Part shown: positions 1 through 8,224 of the stretch, piece by piece
Layout: each line of letters starts with the position of its first letter
Position numbering within the stretch: the first letter of the stretch is position 1
Assembly (NCBI GenBank): GCA_019314375.1
Contig: JAFCZJ010000014.1
Location: forward strand, 12,153 to 76,152
DNA length: 64,000 nucleotides
Direction of reading: 5' to 3'
Source: Deltaproteobacteria bacterium
Lineage (GTDB): Bacteria; Myxococcota; B64-G9
Notes under the pieces: generated by a model
Database searches by the model: none
What the model saw: only the letters and a program-made list of their open reading frames with translations
What the model was told of the DNA's origin: nothing
Translations under genes and position numbers: made by a program

Positions 1-582
1 GGACCTCCCCAACTTGGCGAGGGCAGAAAACAGGAAAGGACCATCCACCAAATAAATACCGGTGTTGATCTCGTCAATGCGACGCTCTGCCTTGCTTGCG
101 TCCCGGTGCTCCACGATAGACTCAACACGGCCATCCTCATCACGCAGGACCCGCCCGTAGCCGGCCGGGTTCTCCATTCGACATGTCAAAAAAGACACCG
201 GGGCTTTTCGACCGGCCTTCTCCAAGGCCGCCAAGTCAGAACGACCCAGCAAGGGCACATCACCATACAAAATGGCCACTTTGCCCTTGTGCCCCTTCAG
301 CGCAGACCGGGCCTGCATGACCGCATGCCCCGTCCCCAAAGGTGGCTCTTGCTTGACAAATCGCACCTTGTCCCCAAAACGGTCCTTGAGATAGTCCCGC
401 ACCGCTTCGGACTGGCTCCCCACCACCACCACCACGGGAGCATAGCCTTTGGAGATGGCCAGGCTCACGGGATAAGCCACCATGGGCTCTCCACATACCG
501 GGTGCAGAACCTTGACCTTACCGGAACGCATGCGTTTTCCCTGGCCAGCCGCCAGGATGACACAGGCCGTCTTCGCCGCCAT
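1..582 (-). CDS. glmU: GlmU-type sugar-1-phosphate nucleotidyltransferase, N-terminal 194 codons (the rest lies beyond the left edge)
   Basis: Not in the ORF track because there is no stop in the window. Hand translation of the minus strand from the ATG at 582..580 gives MAAKTACVILAAGQGKRMRSGKVKVLHPVCGEPMVAYPVSLAISKGYAPVVVVVGSQSEAVRDYLKDRFGDKVRFVKQEPPLGTGHAVMQARSALKGHKGKVAILYGDVPLLGR. LAAGxGxRM, LGTGHA and LYGDVPL are GlmU pyrophosphorylase-domain signatures. The frame was read open down to nt 241. The remaining 240 nt to nt 1 were not translated. Confidence 0.85.
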   Translation of the reverse strand, partial: MAAKTACVILAAGQGKRMRSGKVKVLHPVCGEPMVAYPVSLAISKGYAPVVVVVGSQSEAVRDYLKDRFGDKVRFVKQEPPLGTGHAVMQARSALKGHKGKVAILYGDVPLLGRSDLAALEKAGRKAPVSFLTCRMENPAGYGRVLRDEDGRVESIVEHRDASKAERRIDEINTGIYLVDGPFLFSALAKLGRS

Positions 583-765
583 GTCAACACCTCCCACCTT
601 GGGTCCGCAGCCTAACCCGAGGCATGCCGATATGTCCAACCCTCCAATCGGTTGCAATTGGACCCAATTCCGCAGTAAAAAGAATACCTAAGCGATCGGA
701 ACGTCCAACACTGCGCAATACGCCGCAGTATAACGTGGCAACCGAGGCAGCGGGAGGGCAGGACC

Positions 766-2040
766 ATGCGAAAAAGTCTCCAAATTTCAACGCTCTGCAT
801 TCTGGCGATCTTCAGCCTGTCTTCCATGGCCGAAGCGCGCATGTCACCGCGGCAAATTTACAAAAGCAAAGCCGACGGCGTCGTGCTCATCGTGGCCTCC
901 AAGGAAGGCTCGTCATCCGCCTCGGCCGGCACGGGCTCGGTCATTCGCGCCGACGGTCTGGTGATCACCAACTGCCACGTGATCATGGACAAAACCACAA
1001 AAAAACCCTTCCCGGTCATCCACATTTTCCGAAAGCCCGCCAAGGTCACAGGCAACATGAACAAAGATCTGAAACACCATCACGGTGCCAAGGTGCTGGG
1101 CTACGACGAGGCACTGGATTTGGCCCTGCTCCAAATGAAGACCCCGCCGGCCAAGCTTGTCGTGCAGACCCTGGGTGATCCGGATGAATTGGGCCCCGGC
1201 GACGAAACAATCGCCATCGGCCACCCCGAGTCCGGCGGACTCTGGACCATCACCACCGGCGTCATCGGCACCCAGTTCGAAGACTTCAAAGGCGTACCGG
1301 GCAAACACGTCTTCCAGATGGAAACCAGCTTAAACCGCGGCAACTCGGGCGGGCCCTTGTTCGACGTGCGAGGCTACCAGGTGGGCGTCAACACGGCCAT
1401 CGCCAGAAAAGGCCAGGGTGGTGTCGCCATCACGGGCGTCAACTTCGCCGTGAAGATCAACGTCGTCAAGACCTGGCTTGCCAAACGCAACGTCATCGTC
1501 GCTTATGGCACTGAGCCCCTGGATGGCGAAGCGCCGGTGCGGGTGGCCCACGCGGACACCAGCCGACCCAAAGACACCCGGCCGACCGAAACCCCAATCC
1601 AGCCCGATCGCCATGTCCCCGATCGCCATGTCGCGGTGAAAGATTCACCGGCGGCCAGAGTGCCGGACCAGGTCAAAACCAATCCCCCGGCGGCCGAGGT
1701 GCCAGCGGCGAACACAGGCAAGACCACATTAAAAGATCCTGACGGCAAGGGAAGCATCACCATAGAAGACGATCCCAAAGACAGCGCGCAAGCCACCACA
1801 ACCCAGCCGGATCGTCAGCCCGAAGAAACCGCCGCCAGTCGAACCACCACAACCCACAAACCGACCGCCACAACACGCGTCGCCAAAAAGCGCAAGCCTG
1901 TACGCTTCAAAAAGTACTATCGCTTGCCGCCACGCCCCTACACCTTCGGGCGACTCTTCACGGCCGTGGAAAAAGTACATGCCAACGCCGAAGAAGCCTT
2001 CGACGATCTGGACCGAGAAATCCGTCGCCGCGGCCGCTGA
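766..2040 (+). CDS. secreted trypsin-like (S1 family) serine protease with a low-complexity Pro/Thr/basic C-terminal tail
   Basis: Signal peptide MRKSLQISTLCILAIFSLSSMAEA. Catalytic contexts are VITNCHV (His), DLALLQ (Asp) and GNSGGPLFD (Ser). The C-terminal ~170 aa are low complexity and include PDRHVPDRHV, encoded by a perfect 15-nt tandem duplication at 1603..1632. Confidence 0.8.
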   Translation: MRKSLQISTLCILAIFSLSSMAEARMSPRQIYKSKADGVVLIVASKEGSSSASAGTGSVIRADGLVITNCHVIMDKTTKKPFPVIHIFRKPAKVTGNMNKDLKHHHGAKVLGYDEALDLALLQMKTPPAKLVVQTLGDPDELGPGDETIAIGHPESGGLWTITTGVIGTQFEDFKGVPGKHVFQMETSLNRGNSGGPLFDVRGYQVGVNTAIARKGQGGVAITGVNFAVKINVVKTWLAKRNVIVAYGTEPLDGEAPVRVAHADTSRPKDTRPTETPIQPDRHVPDRHVAVKDSPAARVPDQVKTNPPAAEVPAANTGKTTLKDPDGKGSITIEDDPKDSAQATTTQPDRQPEETAASRTTTTHKPTATTRVAKKRKPVRFKKYYRLPPRPYTFGRLFTAVEKVHANAEEAFDDLDREIRRRGR

Positions 2041-2061
2041 GGCAGACCCCGCAGAGCGCCA

Positions 2062-2655
2062 CTAACCTTTCTTGCCCCCAAATAGACGCTTGAGAAATCC
2101 ACCGGATTTAATGGGGGACTCCTGGGACCCCTGAACTTCTTCTGAAGTCTCTGCATCCACATTCTCAGCAGGGGCAGCATCCGGCGTATCTACAATTTCT
2201 TCATCCTCTTCTTCTTCATCCGGAAGCAAGCTCTCGGCCAAATGTTTCATTCTTTGCTCATTCAGCAACCCGACTGATCTGCTTGCTTCTTTTCTTCCAG
2301 AAAACGCAATGATGGTTGGGATGCTTTTGACCCCGTACCGGCCACCCACTTTGGGCAAGGCCTCGGTATCGACTTTGGCAAAATTAATTTGATCACCATA
2401 ACGTGCAGCGATCCGCTCAAATATCGGTCCCATCCTGAGACAGGGCTGGCACCAGGGTGCCCAAAAATCAACAAGCGTCGGTCTACCTGAAGCGAAAAGT
2501 GAACTCAGACCAACCTGCGAACGTATGTGATAAATATCCCCAGTCTTCTTCGCAAAACCCTGTGCGGAGCCAGCCTGTCCTCCTCTGCTCTTGGAAGATT
2601 TCCGCTTCTGGTTTCGTTGAGGCGCTTGTTTTCTCTTACCCTTCTTCTTGGACAT
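2062..2655 (-). CDS. thioredoxin-fold protein with a WCQPC motif, a basic N-terminal tail and an acidic C-terminal tail
   Basis: LVDFWAPWCQPCLRMGPIFERIAARYGDQINFAKVDTEALPKVGGRYGVKSIPTIIAF follows thioredoxin motif order. AAGGAG lies 9 nt upstream of the ATG at 2655. Confidence 0.8.
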   Translation of the reverse strand: MSKKKGKRKQAPQRNQKRKSSKSRGGQAGSAQGFAKKTGDIYHIRSQVGLSSLFASGRPTLVDFWAPWCQPCLRMGPIFERIAARYGDQINFAKVDTEALPKVGGRYGVKSIPTIIAFSGRKEASRSVGLLNEQRMKHLAESLLPDEEEEDEEIVDTPDAAPAENVDAETSEEVQGSQESPIKSGGFLKRLFGGKKG

Positions 2656-2670
2656 ACCTGGATGCTCCTT

Positions 2671-2698
2671 CCCTGCGCGACCAAAGAACCACGCAGGG
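2671..2698 (-). promoter_or_regulatory. hairpin immediately upstream of the thioredoxin Shine-Dalgarno sequence (possible translational control element)
   Basis: 7-bp arms ccctgcg (2671..2677) and cgcaggg (2692..2698) abut the SD (plus-strand ctcctt, 2665..2670). Confidence 0.2.
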
Positions 2699-2882
2699 AT
2701 CCAAGATACGACTCCAGAGTCGAAAGGAAAGAATAGGCACAGAAAAAAATGGAAAAATCAGAATTAAGGCCCGAATTTGCTACCGAGGGCGGCCCTTTTT
2801 TGCGATGGATCAAGCATGTGGGTCCATGTAGGCAAAACCCGCTGGACAAACATGTAAGCTCGTGAATTATAACTCGAAACCT

Positions 2883-2900
2883 CGTCCAACCGGTTGGACG
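2883..2900. terminator. perfect 18-bp palindrome downstream of the crotonase gene (candidate hairpin or weak terminator)
   Basis: cgtccaaccggttggacg is its own reverse complement. On the minus strand it is followed by aggtttcgagtt (only partly T-rich). It lies 160 nt downstream of the crotonase stop. Confidence 0.3.
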
Positions 2901-3059
2901 TTTGGAGGCGAGACAAAAACTCCTAACTCTGCCAGAAGCCGTCGTCCTCGTAGAGGTACATTACGCCCCCACCGAAATTCGCGTCGACGAAATCCTCGGT
3001 CAGTTGCATCACGAAGCGCTCTTTGAGTTCGGGGACCTCGGAGAGTTATCGGAGTGCCT

Positions 3060-3845
3060 TTATTTGTTTTTGAATTCAGGCTTACGCTTGGCCAGGAAGG
3101 CCTGGGTTCCCTCGACTTTGTCTTCGGTGGCGCAACACAGGCCGAAAAGGTTGGCCTCTAAGTTGAGTCCTTCCGTCAGACTGCCCTGTAGACCTCGATG
3201 GACAGCCTCCATGCAATAACGCACGGTCAAGGCGCCCTTGGATGCGATCTTGTCGGCCATGGCCTTGGCGCCATCCATCAACTCCTCAGGAGCGAAAACC
3301 TTGTTGACCAGCCCCATGGCAAAAGCCTCGTCCGCCGTGATGAAATCACCCGTCAGGCAAAGCTCCATCGCTCGAGCCTCGCCCACCAGGCGAGCCAAAC
3401 GCTGGGTGCCGCCAAAGCCCGGGATAACGCCCAGATTAATCTCGGGCTGACCCAAGCGAGCCTTGCTTGAAGCCAAACGAAGATGACAAGCCATGGCGAT
3501 CTCGCAACCACCACCCAGGGCAAAGCCATTGATCACGGCGATCACGGGCTTGCCCAGATTCTCGATCAGCGCCAACACCGCTTGACCCTTGTGGGCGAAT
3601 CGTGTGCCGTCGGCGGGGCCATAGGTCGTCAATTCATTGATGTCCGCGCCCGCAATAAACGCCTTCTCGCCGGCGCCGGTAAACAAAACAACCTTGATGC
3701 TGTCGTCGTCGCGCAATTCAAAAAACGCACATTCCAACTCATCCATGGTCTTCCGATTAAGCGCATTAAGCACCTTCGGCCGATTCAAAGTCACCGTGGC
3801 CACCGGAGCCTGCTTCTCCACCAAAATGTTCTCGAAATTCGCCAT
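3060..3845 (-). CDS. enoyl-CoA hydratase / crotonase family protein
   Basis: LNRPKVLNALN, GAGEKAFIAGADI and ALGGGCEIAMACHLR are crotonase-fold motifs. I moved the start to the ATG at 3845 (MANFENILVEK), which has GGAGG 7 nt upstream. The 60 extra codons in the track ORF (to 4025) have no SD and no crotonase similarity. Confidence 0.85.
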   Translation of the reverse strand: MANFENILVEKQAPVATVTLNRPKVLNALNRKTMDELECAFFELRDDDSIKVVLFTGAGEKAFIAGADINELTTYGPADGTRFAHKGQAVLALIENLGKPVIAVINGFALGGGCEIAMACHLRLASSKARLGQPEINLGVIPGFGGTQRLARLVGEARAMELCLTGDFITADEAFAMGLVNKVFAPEELMDGAKAMADKIASKGALTVRYCMEAVHRGLQGSLTEGLNLEANLFGLCCATEDKVEGTQAFLAKRKPEFKNK

Positions 3846-4007
3846 GATCCAACCTCCTGTGTCCAATGAGCCGCCAAGGTACAATGCCCCTCCAACCCAG
3901 GTCAACACCGCCAGCCACATCGTTGCTGCCACCTCGTTGCTGCCGGGACATTTGATGTGTTTTCCTCTCGGTGATAACATTTTGAATCGTGGGAGAAGTG
4001 AGCGGCG

Positions 4008-4511
4008 ATGAAGCAGACGATTCAAGTACTAAACAACATGCTGAAAGAAGGCCTTCTGCGCGACTACGCCATCGGAGGAGCCATCGCGGTGTTTTTCTAC
4101 ACCGAGCCGCAAGCCACCATGGACATCGATATTTTCGTACACTTCCCCGAGTCCGATGCCCTGTTGCTTAGCCTCGATCCCCTGAAAGAACACCTGACGC
4201 AAAGGGGGCACTCGATGGAAGGAGAGCATTTCTCCATCCACGGCGCCTTGGTTCAGTTTCTGCCAACGAAGGGCTTGACGGAAGACGCACTGAACAAGGC
4301 CGCGAAGACAAGCTTTTACGGGGAACCCACCAAGGTTTTCACGAAGGAGCACTTGGCGGCCATCATGGTCAGCCTCAGACGACCCAAGGACAAGGCCAGA
4401 TTGCCCTTGCTCTTAGAGCTTGAAGATTTCGACATGCAGACCTTTGAAAGCATCCTGGCCAGCTTCGGCTTGCTCGACCCTTGGGCAAAGCTCAAGGTGC
4501 TCTATGGATGA
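4008..4511 (+). CDS. hypothetical protein with a minimal Pol-beta-type nucleotidyltransferase motif
   Basis: YAIGGAIAVFFYTEPQATMDIDIFV fits hG[GS]-x9-13-DhDh of minimal nucleotidyltransferases. Nothing else is recognisable. Confidence 0.4.
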   Translation: MKQTIQVLNNMLKEGLLRDYAIGGAIAVFFYTEPQATMDIDIFVHFPESDALLLSLDPLKEHLTQRGHSMEGEHFSIHGALVQFLPTKGLTEDALNKAAKTSFYGEPTKVFTKEHLAAIMVSLRRPKDKARLPLLLELEDFDMQTFESILASFGLLDPWAKLKVLYG

Positions 4512-4809
4512 CAAACAATACGAAGACCACTGGGCCCGAAGGCTTGCCGACAAAGCCCAGCTACGGCGCAAGCTCAGGGATCTCCCCATCGAAGACAAGC
4601 TCAAGCTCGTCGCCTTGATGCAGCGACGCAACAACAGCATCCGACGGGCCACGGGGCGACCTGTTGAGCCGGAATGGTCCTGGGAACTCGTGGGCCTAAC
4701 GCCGGACAGCCCGCCACCCGAAGCGGAATCCATCCTCGCCAAACTGGGCGTCTACGAACTGGCCATGGCGGAACAACAAGCGGTCAAAAACCATGGTGAC
4801 ATCCTGTAA
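4504..4809 (+). CDS. hypothetical 101-aa protein, 8-nt overlap with the preceding nucleotidyltransferase-fold gene
   Basis: The ATG at 4504 (MDDKQYEDHW...) overlaps the stop of 4008..4511, which suggests translational coupling. The product is a charged helical protein with no motif I recognise. The track ORF starts earlier (4420), inside the upstream gene. Confidence 0.35.
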   Translation: MDDKQYEDHWARRLADKAQLRRKLRDLPIEDKLKLVALMQRRNNSIRRATGRPVEPEWSWELVGLTPDSPPPEAESILAKLGVYELAMAEQQAVKNHGDIL

Positions 4810-4820
4810 AGAAGGCCTCT

Positions 4821-5504
4821 ATGAACAAAGAAAGTCTCGAACACCGTGTAAGGGCGATCAAAGATTCTCTACCTCCGACCGTGCTGTTGGTGGCCGCTGC
4901 CAAGACGCGTGACGCAGACGAGGTGACTGTCGCTGTCGACGCGGGAATCACCGCAATTGGTTACAACTATATTCAAGAAGCCGAGGCGAAACGGGAACAA
5001 CTGCGCGAGTGGGAAACGACTGCCGCGCCTCATCCGGTGCAGTGGCATTTGATCGGACACTTGCAACGCAACAAGGCGAAAAAAGCAGTCGAATTGTTCG
5101 ATATAATCGAGACCATCGATTCCCTGCGACTGGCTGAGGCCGTTAATCGTCAATGCGCCGCCGTCGGCAAAATCATGCCGGTGTTGATCGAGATCAACAG
5201 CGGTCGCGAATCCAACAAAACTGGGGCGCCTCCCGCCGAAGTACCTGTGCTGGTTCGTCAGGTTGCGGCGTTGAGTCATCTTGAAGTGCAGGGTCTGATG
5301 ACCATGGGACCACGCTTTGGCGACCCAGAAGACGCCCGGCCGTATTTTAGCCTTACGAAAAATCTGTTCGACCAACTCGCGGCGGAAAACATCCCGGGAG
5401 CCCAAATGAAATACCTCTCGATGGGCATGAGCAACAGCTATCAAATAGCCATCGAGGAAGGTGCCAACATCGTGCGCATCGGCACCAAATTGTTCCAAAA
5501 TTAG
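4821..5504 (+). CDS. yggS: YggS-family pyridoxal-phosphate homeostasis protein
   Basis: VAAAKTRDADEV (PLP lysine context), WHLIGHLQRNK and LSMGMSNSYQIAIEEGANIVRIGTKLF. Confidence 0.9.
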   Translation: MNKESLEHRVRAIKDSLPPTVLLVAAAKTRDADEVTVAVDAGITAIGYNYIQEAEAKREQLREWETTAAPHPVQWHLIGHLQRNKAKKAVELFDIIETIDSLRLAEAVNRQCAAVGKIMPVLIEINSGRESNKTGAPPAEVPVLVRQVAALSHLEVQGLMTMGPRFGDPEDARPYFSLTKNLFDQLAAENIPGAQMKYLSMGMSNSYQIAIEEGANIVRIGTKLFQN

Positions 5505-5531
5505 AAAAAGGGGGTCAGGTCAAATAGGAGA

Positions 5532-5732
5532 ATGGCACAGAGGAGAGGAGGTCATAACTTGGGATTTCTAAAGAATTTACTCGGCGTCGGCGAGCCGGAA
5601 CACATTCCGAACCTGGGAAGGAATGATCCCTGCTGGTGCGGAAGCGGGAAAAAGTACAAAAAATGCCATATGGAATCAGACGACAAAAAGCGTTCTAAGC
5701 TTAGGGCGAAGACATGCACTTCCGCCACCTGA
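5532..5732 (+). CDS. small SEC-C motif (zinc-binding) protein
   Basis: [16 protein letters not shown] is the SEC-C metal-binding motif. The product is 66 aa. Confidence 0.55.
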   Translation: MAQRRGGHNLGFLKNLLGVGEPEHIPNLGRNDPCWCGSGKKYKKCHMESDDKKRSKLRAKTCTSAT

Positions 5733-5800
5733 AGCAGCTCTCGAAGGTGAGTTTCACCTTCCGGAAATAAAGCGCCAAAGGGGGCCGACCGATCGGGTCT

Positions 5801-5833
5801 CGTGTCCACGCACAGGGTTGAGATCCCCCCAGC
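5801..5833. repeat. copy 1 of a 33-bp direct repeat (a mazF 5'-coding remnant)
   Basis: cgtgtccacgcacagggttgagatccccccagc matches 6641..6673 at 31 of 33 positions. Minus-strand translation gives (M)[15 protein letters not shown]..., compared with Maz[16 protein letters not shown]. Confidence 0.9.
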
Positions 5834-5835
5834 AC

Positions 5836-6366
5836 ATGTACGAGCCCTATTTCACTCCTTATTCATTAGGGGAGGGCTACAAGGCCGTGGAGTTGCCCTA
5901 CGCCGGCGAAGAACTCTCAATGCTGGTCCTGCTTCCCGATCCGGGCGAGTTCTACGCATTCGAGGCATCCCTGGCAGCTGAAGTCCTGAAGGAAATCGTC
6001 ACGTCCCTGGAGGAAGGCCATGTGAGAATCAGCATGCCTCGTTGGACATTCAAGTCCCCGAGCATCTCCCTCAAAAGCCTACTGTCCGGACTGGGCATGC
6101 CCGCAGCCTTTGATCCACAACAAGCCGACTTCTCCGGCATGACCGGAACAAATATTCTTTACCTCGGGGACGTACACCACAAGGCCTTCGTGACCGTTAA
6201 CGAGGTGGGCACCGAAGCTGCGGCGGCCTCGACGGCCTCGGCCTTTTACCAGAGCGGGCAACCCGAGGCCGAGATAATCACGCTGGACCGACCCTTCATC
6301 TACCTAATCAGGGATCGAAAAACCGACACCATGCTCTTTATGGGGCGGATCATGGACCCGAGCTAG
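5836..6366 (+). pseudogene. serpin 3' fragment (C-terminal ~175 aa including the reactive-centre loop; N-terminal half absent)
   Basis: YKAVELPYAGEELSMLVLLPD, ISMPRWTFKSPSISLKSLLSGLGMPAAFD, ADFSGM, HKAFVTVNEVGTEAAAAS (hinge) and LDRPFIYLIRDRKTDTMLFMGRIMDP follow the order of the serpin C-terminal half. Serpin similarity starts 2 nt after repeat copy 1. The longer track ORF (5623..) reads through the SEC-C gene and the repeat in a meaningless frame. Confidence 0.65.
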
Positions 6367-6701
6367 TCACCAAGGATCTCGTTCAAACCTTCGATGACTT
6401 GAGCGATATCTTCGGGCGTCGCTCTGCCGAGGCGCTTGCCGATCCGCTCCACGGATAGTGTTCGAATCTGACTGATTTTGACCCATGAGCGTTTTGGAAG
6501 TCCCCGCATTTTCAACTCCAAGGTCAATGGGAATCCGGCGCGGGGTTTCCGGCTTGTCAAGGCCAGAGCGATGACCGTACCTGATCGCTCATTGAAAACG
6601 TCTTGGCTCAAGATGAGAACTGGACGCAAACCGGCCTGTTCGTGTCCGCGCACAGGATTGAGATCCCCCCAGCGGACTTCACCCCTCAATATTCGGGCCA
6701 T
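6363..6701 (-). CDS. mazF: MazF/PemK-family endoribonuclease toxin
   Basis: [45 protein letters not shown] and [16 protein letters not shown] are typical PemK/MazF blocks. It overlaps the upstream RHH gene by 16 nt. Confidence 0.85.
   Translation of the reverse strand: MARILRGEVRWGDLNPVRGHEQAGLRPVLILSQDVFNERSGTVIALALTSRKPRAGFPLTLELKMRGLPKRSWVKISQIRTLSVERIGKRLGRATPEDIAQVIEGLNEILGD
6641..6673. repeat. copy 2 of the 33-bp direct repeat (inside the 5' end of the intact mazF)
   Basis: cgtgtccgcgcacaggattgagatccccccagc. See copy 1 at 5801..5833. The copies are in the same orientation, 840 bp apart. Confidence 0.9.
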
Positions 6702-6928
6702 TGTGAGAAATCCTCCGACATGCCCTCTTCAGCCAAGGCCTTCTCGAAAACCGGATCCAGCATGGCGCATTCGCGGGCCAGGCGGCTGCGCTCCATGCGC
6801 TCCAACTTCTCTTCCAGGGCGGCCTGGATGGCTCGGCTGCGATTGGGGAAAACCTCTCGCCGGACGAGGCGGTCTAGCTTACGAAGCGTACGCTCATCCA
6901 GCGTGACTGCGATTTTGGGACGTGCCAT
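6686..6928 (-). CDS. ribbon-helix-helix (CopG-type) antitoxin partnered with MazF
   Basis: [42 protein letters not shown] is an RHH N-terminal domain. GGAGGTGAGG lies directly upstream of the ATG at 6928. Confidence 0.75.
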   Translation of the reverse strand: MARPKIAVTLDERTLRKLDRLVRREVFPNRSRAIQAALEEKLERMERSRLARECAMLDPVFEKALAEEGMSEDFSQWPEY

Positions 6929-6940
6929 GCCTCACCTCCT

Positions 6941-6961
6941 AGTATGATGTTATGTCATACT
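6941..6961. promoter_or_regulatory. inverted repeat AGTATGA-N7-TCATACT abutting the antitoxin SD (candidate RHH operator)
   Basis: Perfect 7-bp arms at 6941..6947 and 6955..6961, immediately upstream of the SD of the RHH-mazF operon. RHH antitoxins classically autoregulate through such palindromes. Confidence 0.4.
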
Positions 6962-7053
6962 CCAAGATTCGTCAACCCCCACCCCCATGAATCACCACCA
7001 AGCTTGATCAGGACACGATGGCTCGCGTAGCATGCCTGCGAGGAGGCTGGCTT

Positions 7054-8106
7054 ATGCTGTCACCTATTTCTTGGAACGATGAACTGGGTTGTGTGCATTT
7101 GTTGGATCAAACCAAGCTGCCTGAGATTGAGCAGTGGATGGACTTGACCGGCGTTGCGGAGGTGGCTGAGGCCATTCGCTCTTTGGCCGTGCGCGGGGCG
7201 CCGGCCATCGGCATCGCCGCGGCCTTGGGTTGTGCTCTGGCGGCTTTTGTCGAGGACAGTGAGGATCCGGCGATCTTGGCGGCGGCGGTTTTGGCGGCGG
7301 CTGAAGAACTGGGGGGCACGCGCCCCACGGCTGTAAATCTTTTTTGGGCTTTGGAAAAAATGAAGGAGCGCCTTGAAACGCTGGTTGCATCGCAAGCAGG
7401 GGTGAAAGAGCTGCGAGCGGGCTTGCTTGCGGAGGCCCAGAAAATTCGCGAAGAAGACATTGCCTCCTGTCGAGCCATCGGCCGTTTCGGCGCCCCCTTG
7501 ATGCCCAATGAGGGCGGGGTGATCACGCACTGCAACGCGGGGGCCCTGGCCACCGGCGCTTACGGCACGGCCCTGGGCGTGATTCGCGCCGCGGTGGAGG
7601 CCGGAAAAAACATTCAGGTCTTTGCGGACGAAACTCGGCCCTTGTTGCAGGGAGCGCGTCTGACGGTTTGGGAATTGATGCGAGATGACATTGACGTGAC
7701 CCTGATTTGCGACAACATGGCGGGCTACGTCATGCGACTCGGGCACATACAGGCCTGCGTGGTCGGCGCGGATCGCATCACCGCCAACGGCGACGCGGCC
7801 AACAAGATCGGTACTTACTCATTGGCCGTCTTGGCCAAGCGACACGGCATTCCTTTTTACGTGGCCGCGCCCTGGTCGACGGTGGACATGAGCTTGTCGG
7901 ATGGCGACGCCATCCCCATCGAGCAACGAGACGCCAAAGAGATCACAAATCCACGAGGCGCGGTCTTCGCGCCAAAGGGCACCAAGGTCTTCAATCCGGC
8001 CTTCGATGTCACCCCAGCCAGCCTCATCAGCGCCATCATCACAGATCGAGGCCTGGTCGAAGGACCGGACATGATTCAGGGCTTGCTGGCCCTGTCCGAG
8101 GCTTAA
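7054..8106 (+). CDS. mtnA: S-methyl-5-thioribose-1-phosphate isomerase (eIF-2B alpha/beta/delta-like family)
   Basis: LLDQTKLP, AIRSLAVRGAPAIGIAAA, RPTAVNLFWAL, THCNAGALAT, DETRPLLQGARLT, VGADRITANGDAANKIGTY and NPAFDVTP. The ATG at 7054 has AGGAGG 7 nt upstream; the track start at 7018 is less likely. Confidence 0.85.
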   Translation: MLSPISWNDELGCVHLLDQTKLPEIEQWMDLTGVAEVAEAIRSLAVRGAPAIGIAAALGCALAAFVEDSEDPAILAAAVLAAAEELGGTRPTAVNLFWALEKMKERLETLVASQAGVKELRAGLLAEAQKIREEDIASCRAIGRFGAPLMPNEGGVITHCNAGALATGAYGTALGVIRAAVEAGKNIQVFADETRPLLQGARLTVWELMRDDIDVTLICDNMAGYVMRLGHIQACVVGADRITANGDAANKIGTYSLAVLAKRHGIPFYVAAPWSTVDMSLSDGDAIPIEQRDAKEITNPRGAVFAPKGTKVFNPAFDVTPASLISAIITDRGLVEGPDMIQGLLALSEA

Positions 8107-8136
8107 AACTTAACATATCAAACACTTATAAAATGC

Positions 8137-8165
8137 TTGACATCACCAACGTTATTCCCTAGCTT
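8137..8165 (+). promoter_or_regulatory. sigma70-like promoter for rplU-rpmA (TTGACA-N17-TAGCTT)
   Basis: TTGACA at 8137..8142, a 17-nt spacer, TAGCTT at 8160..8165. It sits 60 nt upstream of the rplU ATG. Confidence 0.45.
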
Positions 8166-8224
8166 ATGGGGCCCCCAATGGAGGGGATTGCAAGCAATAC
8201 CAAGCAATACGAGGAGTATCAGCC

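Noticed and set aside
106-615. A 169-aa plus-strand ORF at the left edge.
   Set aside because: The opposite strand encodes the GlmU N-terminus with three signature motifs. The plus-strand product has none.
2775-2805. A GC-rich segment followed by TTTTTT (gagggcggcccttttttgcg), which looks like a plus-strand terminator or sRNA 3' end.
   Set aside because: No convincing stem can be drawn (gggc-g-gccc has a 1-nt loop and longer arms mismatch). Nothing is transcribed towards it on the plus strand.
2923-3009. A 28-aa minus-strand ORF (MQLTEDFVDANFGGGVMYLYEDDGFWQS) downstream of the crotonase gene.
   Set aside because: It is too short to assess and has only a weak AAAGAG upstream. No motif was recognised. 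It cannot be supported without conservation or Ribo-seq data.
3846-7017. Possibility that the accessory patch (nucleotidyltransferase pair, SEC-C gene, serpin fragment, mazEF) is an integrated mobile element or prophage remnant.
   Set aside because: There is no integrase, transposase, tRNA target or terminal inverted repeat. The housekeeping gene yggS sits in the middle. Only the 33-bp mazF-derived direct repeat is visible, and it is reported separately.
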